A DNA stretch of 64,000 nucleotides, from positions 33,300,401-33,364,400 of the forward strand of contig CM120641.1 in NCBI GenBank assembly GCA_051362555.1, given 5' to 3'. Shown piece after piece: positions 53,289 to 64,000 of this stretch. Source of the DNA: Lingula anatina. Taxonomy: Eukaryota; Animalia; Brachiopoda. Below the pieces are notes generated by a model, which had not been told where the DNA came from, did no database searches, and saw only the letters and a list, made by a program, of their open reading frames with translations. A program made the position numbers and the translations under genes. Position 1 is the first letter of the stretch. Each line of letters starts with the position of its first letter.

Positions 53289-53448
53289 CAGGGCCGTAGC
53301 CTCCGGGGGGGCAGGGGGGGCAGCTGCCCCCCCTGGGATTTAGAATTTTCCACACTGGTAGGGGGACACCCCCTCCCCCTTCGGGGGCTTCGCCCCCTCG
53401 AGTCCGCTTACTGCCCCCCCCTGGCATTTTGCTCAGGCTACGGCCCTG
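53289..53448. mobile_element. MITE with TIR CAGGGCCGTAGCCT and 5-bp TSD GAATC
   Basis: Perfect 14-bp TIR. GAATC at 53284-53288 and 53449-53453. Confidence 0.85.
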
Positions 53449-54509
53449 GAATCTGTTCTGACATTCAAATTTTGTCGATCGTTTCTTTTAAGTGCAGTTT
53501 TGGTAACAATCTCTTATTATGGAGGACTATTTATGCGCCTCTCATACGAAGTCAATGGCAGATTCTGAAGCAAACCTTTCCAATCAGCCGTTGGACACTG
53601 AAAAGCGGCACGACATATGTGGATGGAAACTTGTAAAATTGAATTTTTTATTATTCCTATTTCACAAGCAAACCGTTATTGAGAAAGAAATGGGTTTAAG
53701 GACAATTTGATTATATTCGCAGTCTAACTCGAAATTGATTCTTAAATAATTTATGGACGATCAAAGCCGATACGCGAAGGAATGGTTACAAAAATTACAG
53801 AAGGAAAAAAATCAATATTTGTTGACTTATATTATGAAAGACGCTAGTAAATGGTTAATACAGTGTATATCAAATGAGAAATATAAATATATAAATATAT
53901 CTATTGCGAACTCGTAGGCATTAAGAATGACACTTAACTTGATGAAATACACGTATAAGTAAAACGTAAGAATTAATTGCAAAATTGAGATTTATTACAT
54001 TAAAAAGCACCAATTGCAATACAAAACCTAAAAGAATTTGGACATGGGTAGTTTAGTTACGTACTGTGCATAAGATTAGCTACTATACGAGTGTTGGTAC
54101 CTTTAAGTATGTTGACTGATTAAGCATGTCTAGATACACACAATTCTATTGTGTTACATCGAACAGATACCGGTACATTATCAATGTCTACAATGTTGTG
54201 AAATGATTTTATATAATAAGAGTGAAAAAAAGTGAAATATGATATCAAATTTTTAATGATGTAAACAAAGAACCACATATCTGGGGTTTATGAATCTTCT
54301 GCTTACTGGACAAATGGGCTTGTCAATAAAAATGGGCTTGTCAATAAAAATATAAGATGCCCTCACCTATGGTGAATACACAGAATAAGCATCAATTGTT
54401 AAGTGATTGATATTTTTAGTTTGTTTAATGTGTAAATGTTTTTATTGTATATATGTTGTGGAAATATGAACTACCTGATGATCTGTGGCATGAATTGAAT
54501 GTCATTTCA

Positions 54510-56121
54510 ATTCAAAATGGGCTGCTTTATCCAATATGGTGACCAAAATTTCACCAAATTTTGCAATTAAGTCATGTATACCTTAATTTATAATTTCATT
54601 CAATCATGATAAAAGTAAACTGTTATCAAATGTAGGTTTTTTACAATATTATAGATTCATCTTACTACCTATATTACAGTATGAAGTGAAAATCTTTCAG
54701 AACAAGAGTTACGTTTGAACTACTATTGCATTTATGTACACACACATTATTAGCACAGAGCTCTTTTAATGTTAAAGACCAAAAAGAGCTTTTGTCAACA
54801 GAAGCAATATAGCAACCTCTTCAGGAATTAAAGTATGGAAACAATTTTTTACTTGATTACCATTTTTAAAAACATGATGGATATTATAGATAAATTTATT
54901 TGGTAAGTGGCTATATTTATGAGGATATATACATAATAAGAAATACTCAGTAATTCAACAGTTAAGCTCTTAGAATTGTCTTATTTAATCCTAAAAGTAC
55001 AGCACATGTGTTTTAATGTGGATATAAATGAAGACACAAAAGATGGAAAGACTCTTGATGCAATAAATGAGAGCATTTTCTTACTAACTAGATTTTTACT
55101 GAACGCCTTTGCATTAAGAAGTGATATTGTAGATTATAATGTTAACCGTCCGGATAGGTAAATGAAATAATTGTGTTGTATTCATAATTGATTTCTGTAT
55201 GTACACATAAAACCTTGATTGTATATATCTTCTGTATTTGTACAGATTGGTATGTATTTTAGGTCAGAGGCCTATAACTACAACAAATAAACTCATCATC
55301 ATTATCACTGAACTTATTCTACAATATCTCAAAGAGATCCAAAAACATTGCTCAACCTGAATCACTTGTTTTGATGAAGAGAAGAAAGTTCTCGAGTCCA
55401 GATTCTGGCCTATTTAACATACCAGCAAGTCATATGAACTTGTAGGACAGGCAAGAAGCAAGATCAAGAGTCAGTGTACCTCTACTACCAGACCCATACA
55501 GTCCAATCAGAAAAAGAAAAGCACTTTGTAGTAAAGATGTGATTTTGTGTCTTATGCAGCATTGGTTAATAACAGTGTTCTCCCAACACAGACTGGTTTT
55601 TATGAGGATCTTACAGAAAAGAAGTTGCTGTAATAAGACTATACAATCAGATACCAGCTAATATTCCAATTGTCACCCACAAACCCTGATGAAGTTCAAG
55701 AGTCTTTGGACTATTTTGTGCAGCTTACACAAAGCAAGGGACAAGAAAAAACTGAGAAAACGTGATCAAACAATCTACGACATCCTAGAAAAAATAAAAA
55801 AGAAACATGCCCATATAAGTATAATGATGAGGTTTCACAATGCAGAGAATATTCTATGGAAAGCATTGGTGACAATGGAAAACAGTGGAATGGAAGAATT
55901 GATTGTGTACGGAATAGCAAAAAGGATTTTGAGTGGAAAGGATTACTACAAGATTGGGGGGTCTACTCTGTTGCTGGAAAAGCTATGTTGGGGCTTAAGT
56001 GGAAAGCATTTGAAAGCTGGTTAGAAGAAAGGCATGAGGCCGAGGCCTGCACGGTGGACGAAGAAGATGGTGTTTTTGGGCATGTATATAGCTGTCTTTT
56101 TATTAAAAAATAAAAATAAAA

Positions 56122-56160
<39 letters not shown>

Positions 56161-57445
56161 GGAAAGAGCTGTCTACTGGGATTTGCAGCTTGAGAAAGTC
56201 CAAAATATATGAACAGACTTGGCTATTGAGCAGACCTACAACAAAGAAGGTAAAACGTCCTTGCTGAAAAGTATCTTTCAAAACCAGGTAATCCATGATC
56301 AGTACATTAGATCTGCCCTCTTGTTAACTAGGGTGACTGAGATGTGCAGTCAGTGGCTGGTATGAAGGAAGAAGCATTGGGGCATCAGAGAGGGTCAAGC
56401 ACATTTTCAAGAGAAGAACAACAACTGATTAAAAAGGTCAGAGAAACAATAGAAGAATTCTTGATTGACCCATTCACATGCTCAAACTGGATAACCTCTT
56501 TCACATTGCCACAAGAGAGAAAGCCCCATCATCAGATCTTTAAGAAATTTAAGAAGTTCTGTAGCAAGCACAAAACCAAGATTTGCATAAAATTATGCCA
56601 CCACATTCAGCACTTCTCATCCAAAAGGCAAATTTACGGGTCTGCTTAATCTGTATCAAGATGGAGTTTCAATTACAAGAGCTCTTTGCCTTTTCAAGAA
56701 ACTGACTCCCAAAAATAACACTTCCATTTATGAAAGGGCGGTGTATCAACCATCCTTGTTTGAGGCAAGCCGGAAGCTCCTATAGGGACTAAGGGTTTTG
56801 CATGCTAAATGGGAAAATATGCTAGCTTCTGAAGACTGTTTCCCTGAGCCCACCTTAGACACTGCCACATTCTAATCTAAAATGAGTATACAGAGTGGAT
56901 GCTATGGCCTTCATTCAGAGGTTTTAGCATCTTAGGGTCAGTACCACTAGTGATCTGTCTGAAGCACATATAATCCATTTTCTTGGCGACAGGAACTTTT
57001 TTCACAAGAAGAAAGCCAAATCAAAGAAAGTCTCTCGTACTTTCTGCGCCAAACATGGGTTCAAGGGAATACAATTAAACCGAACATGGTTTGTTGACCA
57101 CCATCTTGGATGCAGTTGCCATCTTGGATTAAGATACCATCTGAAATTTGCCTCTATAAAAAATACACAATTGTCTGGGATACCATATTTTGTCAGATGA
57201 AAACCCACTTCATTAACATTTGAACTTTCAGTAGAATATGCCCCTTTGACTCATAATGGAAAGGGGCATATGGCAGCCATATTGCATTTTTCCTGATCAT
57301 AAAAGCCTTCAGAGTGCATATAAACAATAAAATTTGGGTAATATCGTTAATAATCTATTTTTCATAAATGCTTGCTTTTATCATGACTGAAAAAAATTTG
57401 GTAAAATTTGGGTTGCCATCTTGGATAAAGTAGTCATTTTGAATC
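54510..57445 (+). mobile_element. Decayed large DNA transposon-like element
   Basis: Broken + strand ORF remnants (DQTIYDI...MMRFHNAENILWKALVTMENSGMEELIVYGIAKRILSGKDYYK; IEEFLIDPF) of a type recalled as common in marine invertebrate repeats. Inverted sub-terminal similarity between 54510-54620 and 57370-57445 (CAAAATG...TTTATCCAA.ATGG...CAAATTT...TCATGATAAAAG). Confidence 0.55.
56108..56160. repeat. (AAAT)n microsatellite
   Basis: Directly visible. Confidence 0.9.
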
Positions 57446-58153
57446 AAGTAGACTTGCCAGTCATTTAAAACTCAAAATTAAAAATAATAATTGAAGTCAG
57501 AAATATTATAAAATATGGCCTCTAAGAGCAAGAGTGGCTCAAAACGTGATTAGTAAGTAAGACAAACTACTATTTGAGAAAAAAAAAACAAATGGCCGGA
57601 AAATCCTGGATAAGGAGGAAAATGGCACAAAAGAAAAAGCATGTAACTGGAATGAATAATTAATTGACAAATTAAAGAACAGATGTGTATATTCTTAGGT
57701 TGGATATATTATCTTAATACATCTTGTTAATATATCTTCTACATTCCAAAACTTAAAGCCTTATATTTGAGCATTTCATACAGAATATACAATAAAATAT
57801 GTAAAACAACATATTAAAACAAGCAAAATAATAAATTTTTGCTCTGTTACAAAGACAGCTCATCACTGGCCATGTTCCACTTTACCTTTTTTTAGTACAC
57901 TTAGTAAAGTAAAATGAATTTGATGCGTGTCTGATAACCCTTAAAATACTGCTCGCTGAACACGAACTAAAAATCCATTTTTGAAAAGACAGATTAATTC
58001 ATATCTACCTTACATTTGCCCTCTACCCAATTTCCCTTGAAATTCTTAGGACTGCGAATCCCTTACAAAAATTTCCTGTATTGGATGCCCTTATCAAAAC
58101 AATGCTTTATAGGTGACAGTGTCCTAGGACCCATAAATAATGCAAACAAAGGG

Positions 58154-58378
58154 CTAACTATCTGCCGTGTGGATGGGTGAAGATACATTTTGCTTCTGTT
58201 TTTCCAAAGCAACTCTTCTCCAGTGTGTGATGGTGGATTTGGGAATATTATATTTCTTAGCAACGTATATCATAGTATGGCCTTTTGCCTCTTGTAATAT
58301 CATCTCTTTCTCTTTCTGGCTGTAGGAGCGGTAGTTGCCACGAGGAGGTCGGCGTTGCTGGAAGGCAGCCCTTGGCCC
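58154..58378 (-). CDS. Alternative terminal exon encoding a psq/Brinker/CENP-B-like helix-turn-helix DNA-binding domain
   Basis: Acceptor cctttgcag|GGG, phase 0, 75 codons including the stop. RGNYRSYSQKEKEMILQEAKGHTMIYVAKKYNIPKSTITHWRR carries the (A..Y.IP.ST...W) HTH signature. Confidence 0.8.
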   Translation of the reverse strand, partial: GPRAAFQQRRPPRGNYRSYSQKEKEMILQEAKGHTMIYVAKKYNIPKSTITHWRRVALEKQKQNVSSPIHTADS

Positions 58379-58448
58379 CTGCAAAGGTATCAACACCCTA
58401 TATTGTTAATGTGGTACACAGGATATTGTGTTCATTGGCAGTATGTTA

Positions 58449-58879
58449 GACCCCATTCCCAGAGATTAGATCGATCCAAACTAGATCGACCTAACTCCCT
58501 GGGGGTTCACGCTAAATATCTGTCAGCCGAGCGGGCACGAAAGTTAAATACCCCCTTACAGCTTGTAGTAGGCGGGACGGACATTAAAGTCGGATTATCT
58601 GACAGTTATCTAGAGAGACTCCCCACGGGGATAGATCGATCTAAAATCTATGGGATACGCCCTAAGACCCCATTCCCAGAGATTAGATCGATCCAACTAG
58701 ATCGACCTAACTTCCTTGGGGTTCACGCTAAATAGCTGTGAGCCAAGCTGGCACGAAAGTTAATTATCCCCTTACAGCTTGTAGTAGGCGGGACGGACAT
58801 TTAAGCCGGATTATCTGACAGTAATCTAGTGAGACTCCCCACGGGGATAGATCAATCTAAAATCTATGGGAATGCACCC
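58449..58879. mobile_element. Head-to-tail tandem pair of ~214-bp Harbinger-type MITEs
   Basis: TTA-[58449-58662]-TAA-[58666-58879]-TTA. Each unit has imperfect TIRs (CCCATTCCCAGAGATT / AATCTATGGGA...CCC). Confidence 0.75.
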
Positions 58880-59705
58880 TTAGGTGACATTGTGTTAGGA
58901 GCAATGGGCTGTTGTAGGAGTAATAGTAAGGCTGTTCTAGAAAGTAAGATGTGGTAGCTAAAATAGATGTGATGGCGTGTTTGGTTTTGATTGTGTTACG
59001 TGTGATGTGAGTTTAGTTCTGGTGCTGTTAGATGTGATAGTATTTTAGGTGAAATAACTGATGTGATTGCACACTAGCTGGAACTGCATTGGGTGTGGTG
59101 TTGTGCTTGACATTAAATTTTGGAGAGTGAAACAAGCCAAGGCAATTATTAGCTGTGTGCTTAAAAAAGATAGTGTTAGGTGTAAAGTGACCAGAATACT
59201 AAGTGTTATGTAAAGCCTGAAAGCATTTCTGGTTACCATAAAGATGTCAAGACATTGGTAATCTTTGTGACAGTGCTGTCTGTGACTGTGGCATAGTTTT
59301 CAGTATATATGGTATAACATTCTTTAAATCATATCAGTATGTTCCGAAGGCCAATGCCTTAACAGAACAGTATGACAGAACATGTGAGAATTTGTGTTGA
59401 AATTTAATTCTTTATATATGAATATTCTGTATTTCATTGTTTTTTTTTTTTTTTGTATAGTTGCACATACTGACATAATAGGATAGTGGACAAGTGAACT
59501 AGAATTGTGAATGATGACATCATGCTTAAGCTACTATATGTGCTAAATAGATGAAATGTATAACAAGATAAGATTTAAGGTGAAGCACATACTGGCTCTT
59601 CTACTACCACTACTACTACTACGCAGGAACTAATGGTCACAGCCAATTATTGTACTCCTAAAACACTGTCACACCTACACACTCCCTGTCAAACATTTCC
59701 CTACA

Positions 59706-60068
59706 CTAAGTGAGCTTTGCTTTCATCTCAGCATTCAGGGCTTCTCTGTGATCACTGATCAGATCATGTTTGCTGACATTATCCTTTTTAAAGATGGCAC
59801 ATCCTTTGGTGAATGAATTGGTTTTGTTGTGCTTCTGACACAAAGTGCAGTACATCAGATTTTTGTCTTTATCGTAGTGGATCCAGTTATAGTCATACGT
59901 CCAGGATTTCTTGAAGCAGCGGCTGCCTTGGGAATGAACCCTGCGGAATCTGGGCTGCTCTGCACCCAAAATGGCAGCACTGTTTGGACGCTGTTTTGGA
60001 TCCCAAATTATGGTGGTAACTGGTGTCCAGGTGGCTTGACCCGTGTGGGTGCTGAGGGGGACCGTCAT
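59706..60068 (-). CDS. Alternative terminal exon encoding a TTF-type (hAT transposase/ZNF862/C17orf113-like) zinc finger
   Basis: Acceptor caatttttaaag|ATG, phase 0. RCFKKSWTYDYNWIHYDKDKNLMYCTLCQKHNKTNSFTKGCAIFKKDNVSKHDLISDHREA. Confidence 0.85.
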   Translation of the reverse strand: MTVPLSTHTGQATWTPVTTIIWDPKQRPNSAAILGAEQPRFRRVHSQGSRCFKKSWTYDYNWIHYDKDKNLMYCTLCQKHNKTNSFTKGCAIFKKDNVSKHDLISDHREALNAEMKAKLT

Positions 60069-60998
60069 CTTTAAAAATTGATAAACAGATTGCATTATCT
60101 TTTTTGTTGCTTGGAGGATATGTCATATTATGTTGTTTTCTATCATATGAACTTTATGAATGACTGAATGTATAGGGTCACAAAATAGATATACCCCTAG
60201 ATTACATTTTCAAAGAACTTGTTTATTTCATTTTTGTGTCTTAATTACAAAATATGTTTACCTTGGTAACAGTAACTGATATTATACAGTGAATCATATA
60301 ACCTAAAGTAAGATAGGAATGATCACCTTAACAAATTATGAAATGGTTTTAGCACAGTTTTTCATAAAGGTTCCATAATTATGTGTTGTCACAGTGATAA
60401 CTTCATGAAACATTGATTAGAGGGAGTAACATCAGTGATAGAATCATGAGTCTCATTAACACAATATAATGAGAATTTGACAAAGCCAACAACTGTCTCA
60501 AATCACATGCTACTATGGATATACCAAATTAGAGTTTTTTCATAAGATCATTTCCTAACTTGAAAAAAAAGGGTGATTTCTTAATGTAAGGCAGCTATAT
60601 GTTAATAACCTAATGCCAACTAAAATGTTAATTAAATAGGAAATATGGTAGATTACATACCCAACAAAAATTATTTGAAATTCTTCTCTGCCTCTGTTAA
60701 ATATTTACGTAACTGACTGTCACACCCACCACAGCTAGCACAACTTTTAATATATTTATTCAACTATCACATTTAACTTATTTCTAAATATGACCCATTT
60801 GATACATTAAGTTTCTGAACTTAAAAAACTGTCACATATAATACAATGAAGTATTTGTACAATTTTATTATGTGACTTACTCTGCTATGCCATATCTGCA
60901 TAAAAATTATATGCATATCCCTAAAGAGAATGTATTGCTCTTGTTGCGCTAAAAGGGTGCACAACTAACACACTTGCACAGCAGCACAATGTGTTACG

Positions 60999-61409
60999 TC
61001 AAGTGCACTGAGACTCTTGGCTGACAGCTTCTTTGTGATCTGATATCAGTTCATGCTTACTGGCATTGTCCTTCTTAATAGTTGTGCAGCCCTTTGTAAA
61101 GGCATTAATCTTGTTATGTTTCTGACACAAGGTACAAAACATCATTTCCCTTTGGGAATCGTATTGAATCCAGCCGAATTTAGCTCGCCATGACTCCTTA
61201 AACTCCCTCTTTTTGCTTTTTTTCAAATCCGAGTCCAGGTCATTTGGGGAAACAGGAATGAACGGGACATTTGAACTGCAGGTTGAAGCGATCTTCCACT
61301 GTTTCTCACCATCTTCATCTGGATCATGATGAAAAGTAGGAGTCTCTGCATTATATCTACTGTAGGGTGCAGCACGTGTGCTGTTATCAGAGCTGGTTTC
61401 AGGAGTCAT
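60999..61409 (-). CDS. Alternative terminal exon encoding a TTF-type zinc finger
   Basis: Acceptor cttaccactttcaaag|ATG, phase 0. REFKESWRAKFGWIQYDSQREMMFCTLCQKHNKINAFTKGCTTIKKDNASKHELISDHKEA. AATAAA at 60760-60755. Confidence 0.85.
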   Translation of the reverse strand: MTPETSSDNSTRAAPYSRYNAETPTFHHDPDEDGEKQWKIASTCSSNVPFIPVSPNDLDSDLKKSKKREFKESWRAKFGWIQYDSQREMMFCTLCQKHNKINAFTKGCTTIKKDNASKHELISDHKEAVSQESQCT

Positions 61410-61825
61410 CTTTGAAAGTGGTAAGACAAGTTTTAGACTAATTGTACAGGGGACAGATAAAGACAGATAAAGTTTCAAAATTGTGCTTGCAGTATGCATG
61501 ATTTTTGTAAAAGTTTAGATTTCAGTCTAAAGCAATGATAAAGGTCTCAAAAGTTTATATTCCGCACAATACCTCATCGATTAGAGTTTTAAACCCTTTA
61601 CATTTTTAAAGTACAAAGCATCATTTGCCAATTTAACATTTCCATCATAGTAAACAACTGTCACACCTAACAAACTGTCTTGTAAAATTTTTGCATATCA
61701 TGTAATTTGAATAAACCTGATAATTGCTAGCAAACTTAGTAAAGTCTGTAGCACAGATCATAAAATTCCAGTTGGTCACACCCGACTTTCCCTAACACAA
61801 TCCAAGTCTCACCTAACATAATATA

Positions 61826-62131
61826 TCAGATGTTTTCTGACATCTCAGCACCAGCAGCCTCCCTGTGATCAGTAATACAATCATGCATGAATAAATCATA
61901 CTTCCTAAAAATGCTCGTTCCCCGAGTAAATTTATTGGACTTGTTATGTTTCTGACACAGACTACAAAATAGTAAGTTCCTCTCCCTATCAAAACGGAGC
62001 CAACTGTACTCATAGGTCCAGGCTTGCTTGAAATAACGGTTTCCTTTGGTTGTACCAGCTGGTAATCTGATTCCACCTGCAACCTGCCTTGTCCACTTTA
62101 TACCTTCATCTGTGGCACCACCTACAGTTTT
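61826..62131 (-). CDS. Alternative terminal exon encoding a TTF-type zinc finger
   Basis: Acceptor aatttgcag|AAA, phase 0. RYFKQAWTYEYSWLRFDRERNLLFCSLCQKHNKSNKFTRGTSIFRKYDLFMHDCITDHREA. Confidence 0.85.
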   Translation of the reverse strand, partial: KTVGGATDEGIKWTRQVAGGIRLPAGTTKGNRYFKQAWTYEYSWLRFDRERNLLFCSLCQKHNKSNKFTRGTSIFRKYDLFMHDCITDHREAAGAEMSENI

Positions 62132-63931
62132 CTGCAAATTCATAAATAAGCAACCCAAGCTGTTGGTAAAACTAAAGAAGTAAAATATGAAGTGTATTTT
62201 TTTCTGCAAAAATAAGAATTCAAGCTTCTATATAAGCTTTTTTGACATTCCAATTGCAACACTGTGCCCAATTTGACTTGAATATATCTGACACTTTCTC
62301 ACTTAAAAAACAGAAATGTAAAACTGCTATTGCATGCCATGGTTATCTGCCACTGTGTTATTGAACACTTGGACACGCATTAAAAGCTTCAACCGTCACA
62401 CCTAACACAATCAACTAGTTTAATACTGACATTCAAATAAAACTGCTTTTCAAACTTGACCTGTATTTTTCAGTGTCATATATCATTCCAGTAAATTTGA
62501 GGCTAATCAGTCCAACAGTTTTCAATATATTGAAAAGTGCAGGGCAAAAACAGCAATGGAGGTAGTTCATTGCTGTATGCACAGACACACTGTGTCTACA
62601 CTTAAAAACCTCCCACATTATCTTTTCATTAAGCATGGAATTGCATTCTGTCCGTAGTAATTTTTTACCACTTCTGTGAAACCAATCATCTGAAAAACAT
62701 TCAGTAAGTCAGTCATTCATAAGTCTTCTCAGCCCAACAACACTTATATTTTCACTAGTGGAATAACAAAGCCCTTCTCAAAACCATGGGGTATGCCTCG
62801 GTAAAAGCTCATTTTGGTGGGGTTGGAGGTCAGCTACATGAAGGGGAAAAAAACCCTAGAAACTCCCACGCATTCCCTACCCAAGCAACTGAATAGTTAA
62901 GGAACTTAAACTACTTCTTGTGGCTGTACACATTTTAACTTCTAATAAATCATAATTACTAATAAAACAATTGTACTGATAAAAAAATTAAAAGAAAGTC
63001 GAAGTCTCTGAGCAAAATAAAGGAAATCCTTTTTCTTAAAATGTCTGACAAAACAGTGAATGCATTGTGCAATACATAACTGTCAGGCAGCTTTTGCTTA
63101 GTAAGTTGTTTCTCAAGTCCCACTAACATCTAAATGACCAAAACAGAAAAAGAAATTGAATCATAATAGCTTTAAAATTTATGATAATTAAGGTCTTATG
63201 CCTCAGGAGACATGTGAGATGTGATAATCAAGACCTTGTCATAAATGAAATGTAATAGGTGTGATAGTAAAAACCTCATAGCACGGTTATATTGTCATAG
63301 GTGTGATTATAAAGATCTTGCATCACAGTTGAATTGTGGCAAGTGTGGCCAACACCTGGTGCATTTTGTCAGCCAATCATGGTTTTAATTGTTTCTTTTT
63401 TATTATCTACAATATTATCTACTCTAAAAAAATACAATGTCACATGGCTTAAAGTATATAAAACTGAAATGAATATTAAGACTCTACAAACTGACTTCAT
63501 CTCTATGGCCATTTCTGTAATACAGCAACATTAGATAAAGACAGTAGATAAAGAATAATTCAATTTAAATGTTCAACAACATGGCAAAAATAATCGCTAA
63601 CATTAATATATGCTTTAATGCTTTAAAATTGATATAAATATATCCAATAACAAGTAAGTTATCTGTCACTAAAAATACTCATTTGCCATTCTGTTCAAAT
63701 AAACATGTTTTCAGATCTGAAGAGTCACATACTCATAAGCATATTATTCATTGTAAAACATGAGTCCCACCACAGAAAGACAATATATACTGTATAAAAA
63801 CTACTCAGCTCTATTTTTTTAAATTTCTCTGGTGTTAAGTGTTTTGTAGTAATAATGCCTAAGAATTGGGGGGGGGGGGGGGGGGGGGGTAAGAGTGAGA
63901 TGTCAAAGGTTTATTTGGACAGATTGTTCGT

Positions 63932-64000
63932 TCAAGACCACTTGTCATATTGCTGACCTAAAGACACACCCTCCATCTGTAACTTTTTCTTCAACCGCTG
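63932..64000 (-). CDS. Possible 3' end of a further terminal exon, cut by the window edge
   Basis: Open frame QRLKKKLQMEGVSLGQQYDKWS*, followed 16 nt later by AATAAA (63915-63910). Confidence 0.35.
   Translation of the reverse strand, partial: QRLKKKLQMEGVSLGQQYDKWS

Noticed and set aside
59706-62131. Reading the three zinc-finger ORFs as consecutive exons of one multi-finger protein, or as hAT transposon relics
   Set aside because: Each has an in-frame stop just after the finger, with no convincing donor seen before it. No DDE or dimerisation domain or TIRs were found, and the frames are intact.
62433-62690. Another possible terminal exon in the array (acceptor-like tttttcag|ATG)
   Set aside because: The phase-0 frame stops after about 23 codons, and no frame shows a domain.

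Overview
AT-rich, intron-containing eukaryotic DNA from an invertebrate. A lophotrochozoan or mollusc is likely from the gene and repeat content, but this is inference. Four genes can be reconstructed by hand from GT-AG splice sites: (1) a TGN38/TGN46-KCT2-family type I membrane protein with a long 9-aa repeat (+, 4675-13424); (2) a secreted PAN-like + cbEGF + ALK/LTK-type glycine-rich protein (+, 17159-23516); (3) Polycomb PRC2 subunit SUZ12 (-, 28379-40342); (4) a zona pellucida (ZP) domain membrane protein (+, 45959-50320). The most unusual region is 52081-64000 on the minus strand. It holds at least five same-strand, same-phase (phase 0) terminal coding modules, each with its own acceptor and stop. 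They encode three paralogous TTF-type zinc fingers, one psq/Brinker-like HTH and a two-exon, probably winged-helix, module, and a sixth may be cut by the window edge. This resembles a mod(mdg4)/lola-type locus with one constant N-terminus and many swappable DNA-binding domains, the constant exons lying beyond 64000. The rest is MITEs, a Helentron-type element, a 5'-truncated L1-like insertion with a 15-bp TSD, a decayed DNA transposon and microsatellites. All domain calls are by-eye motif recognition, and no searches were run.
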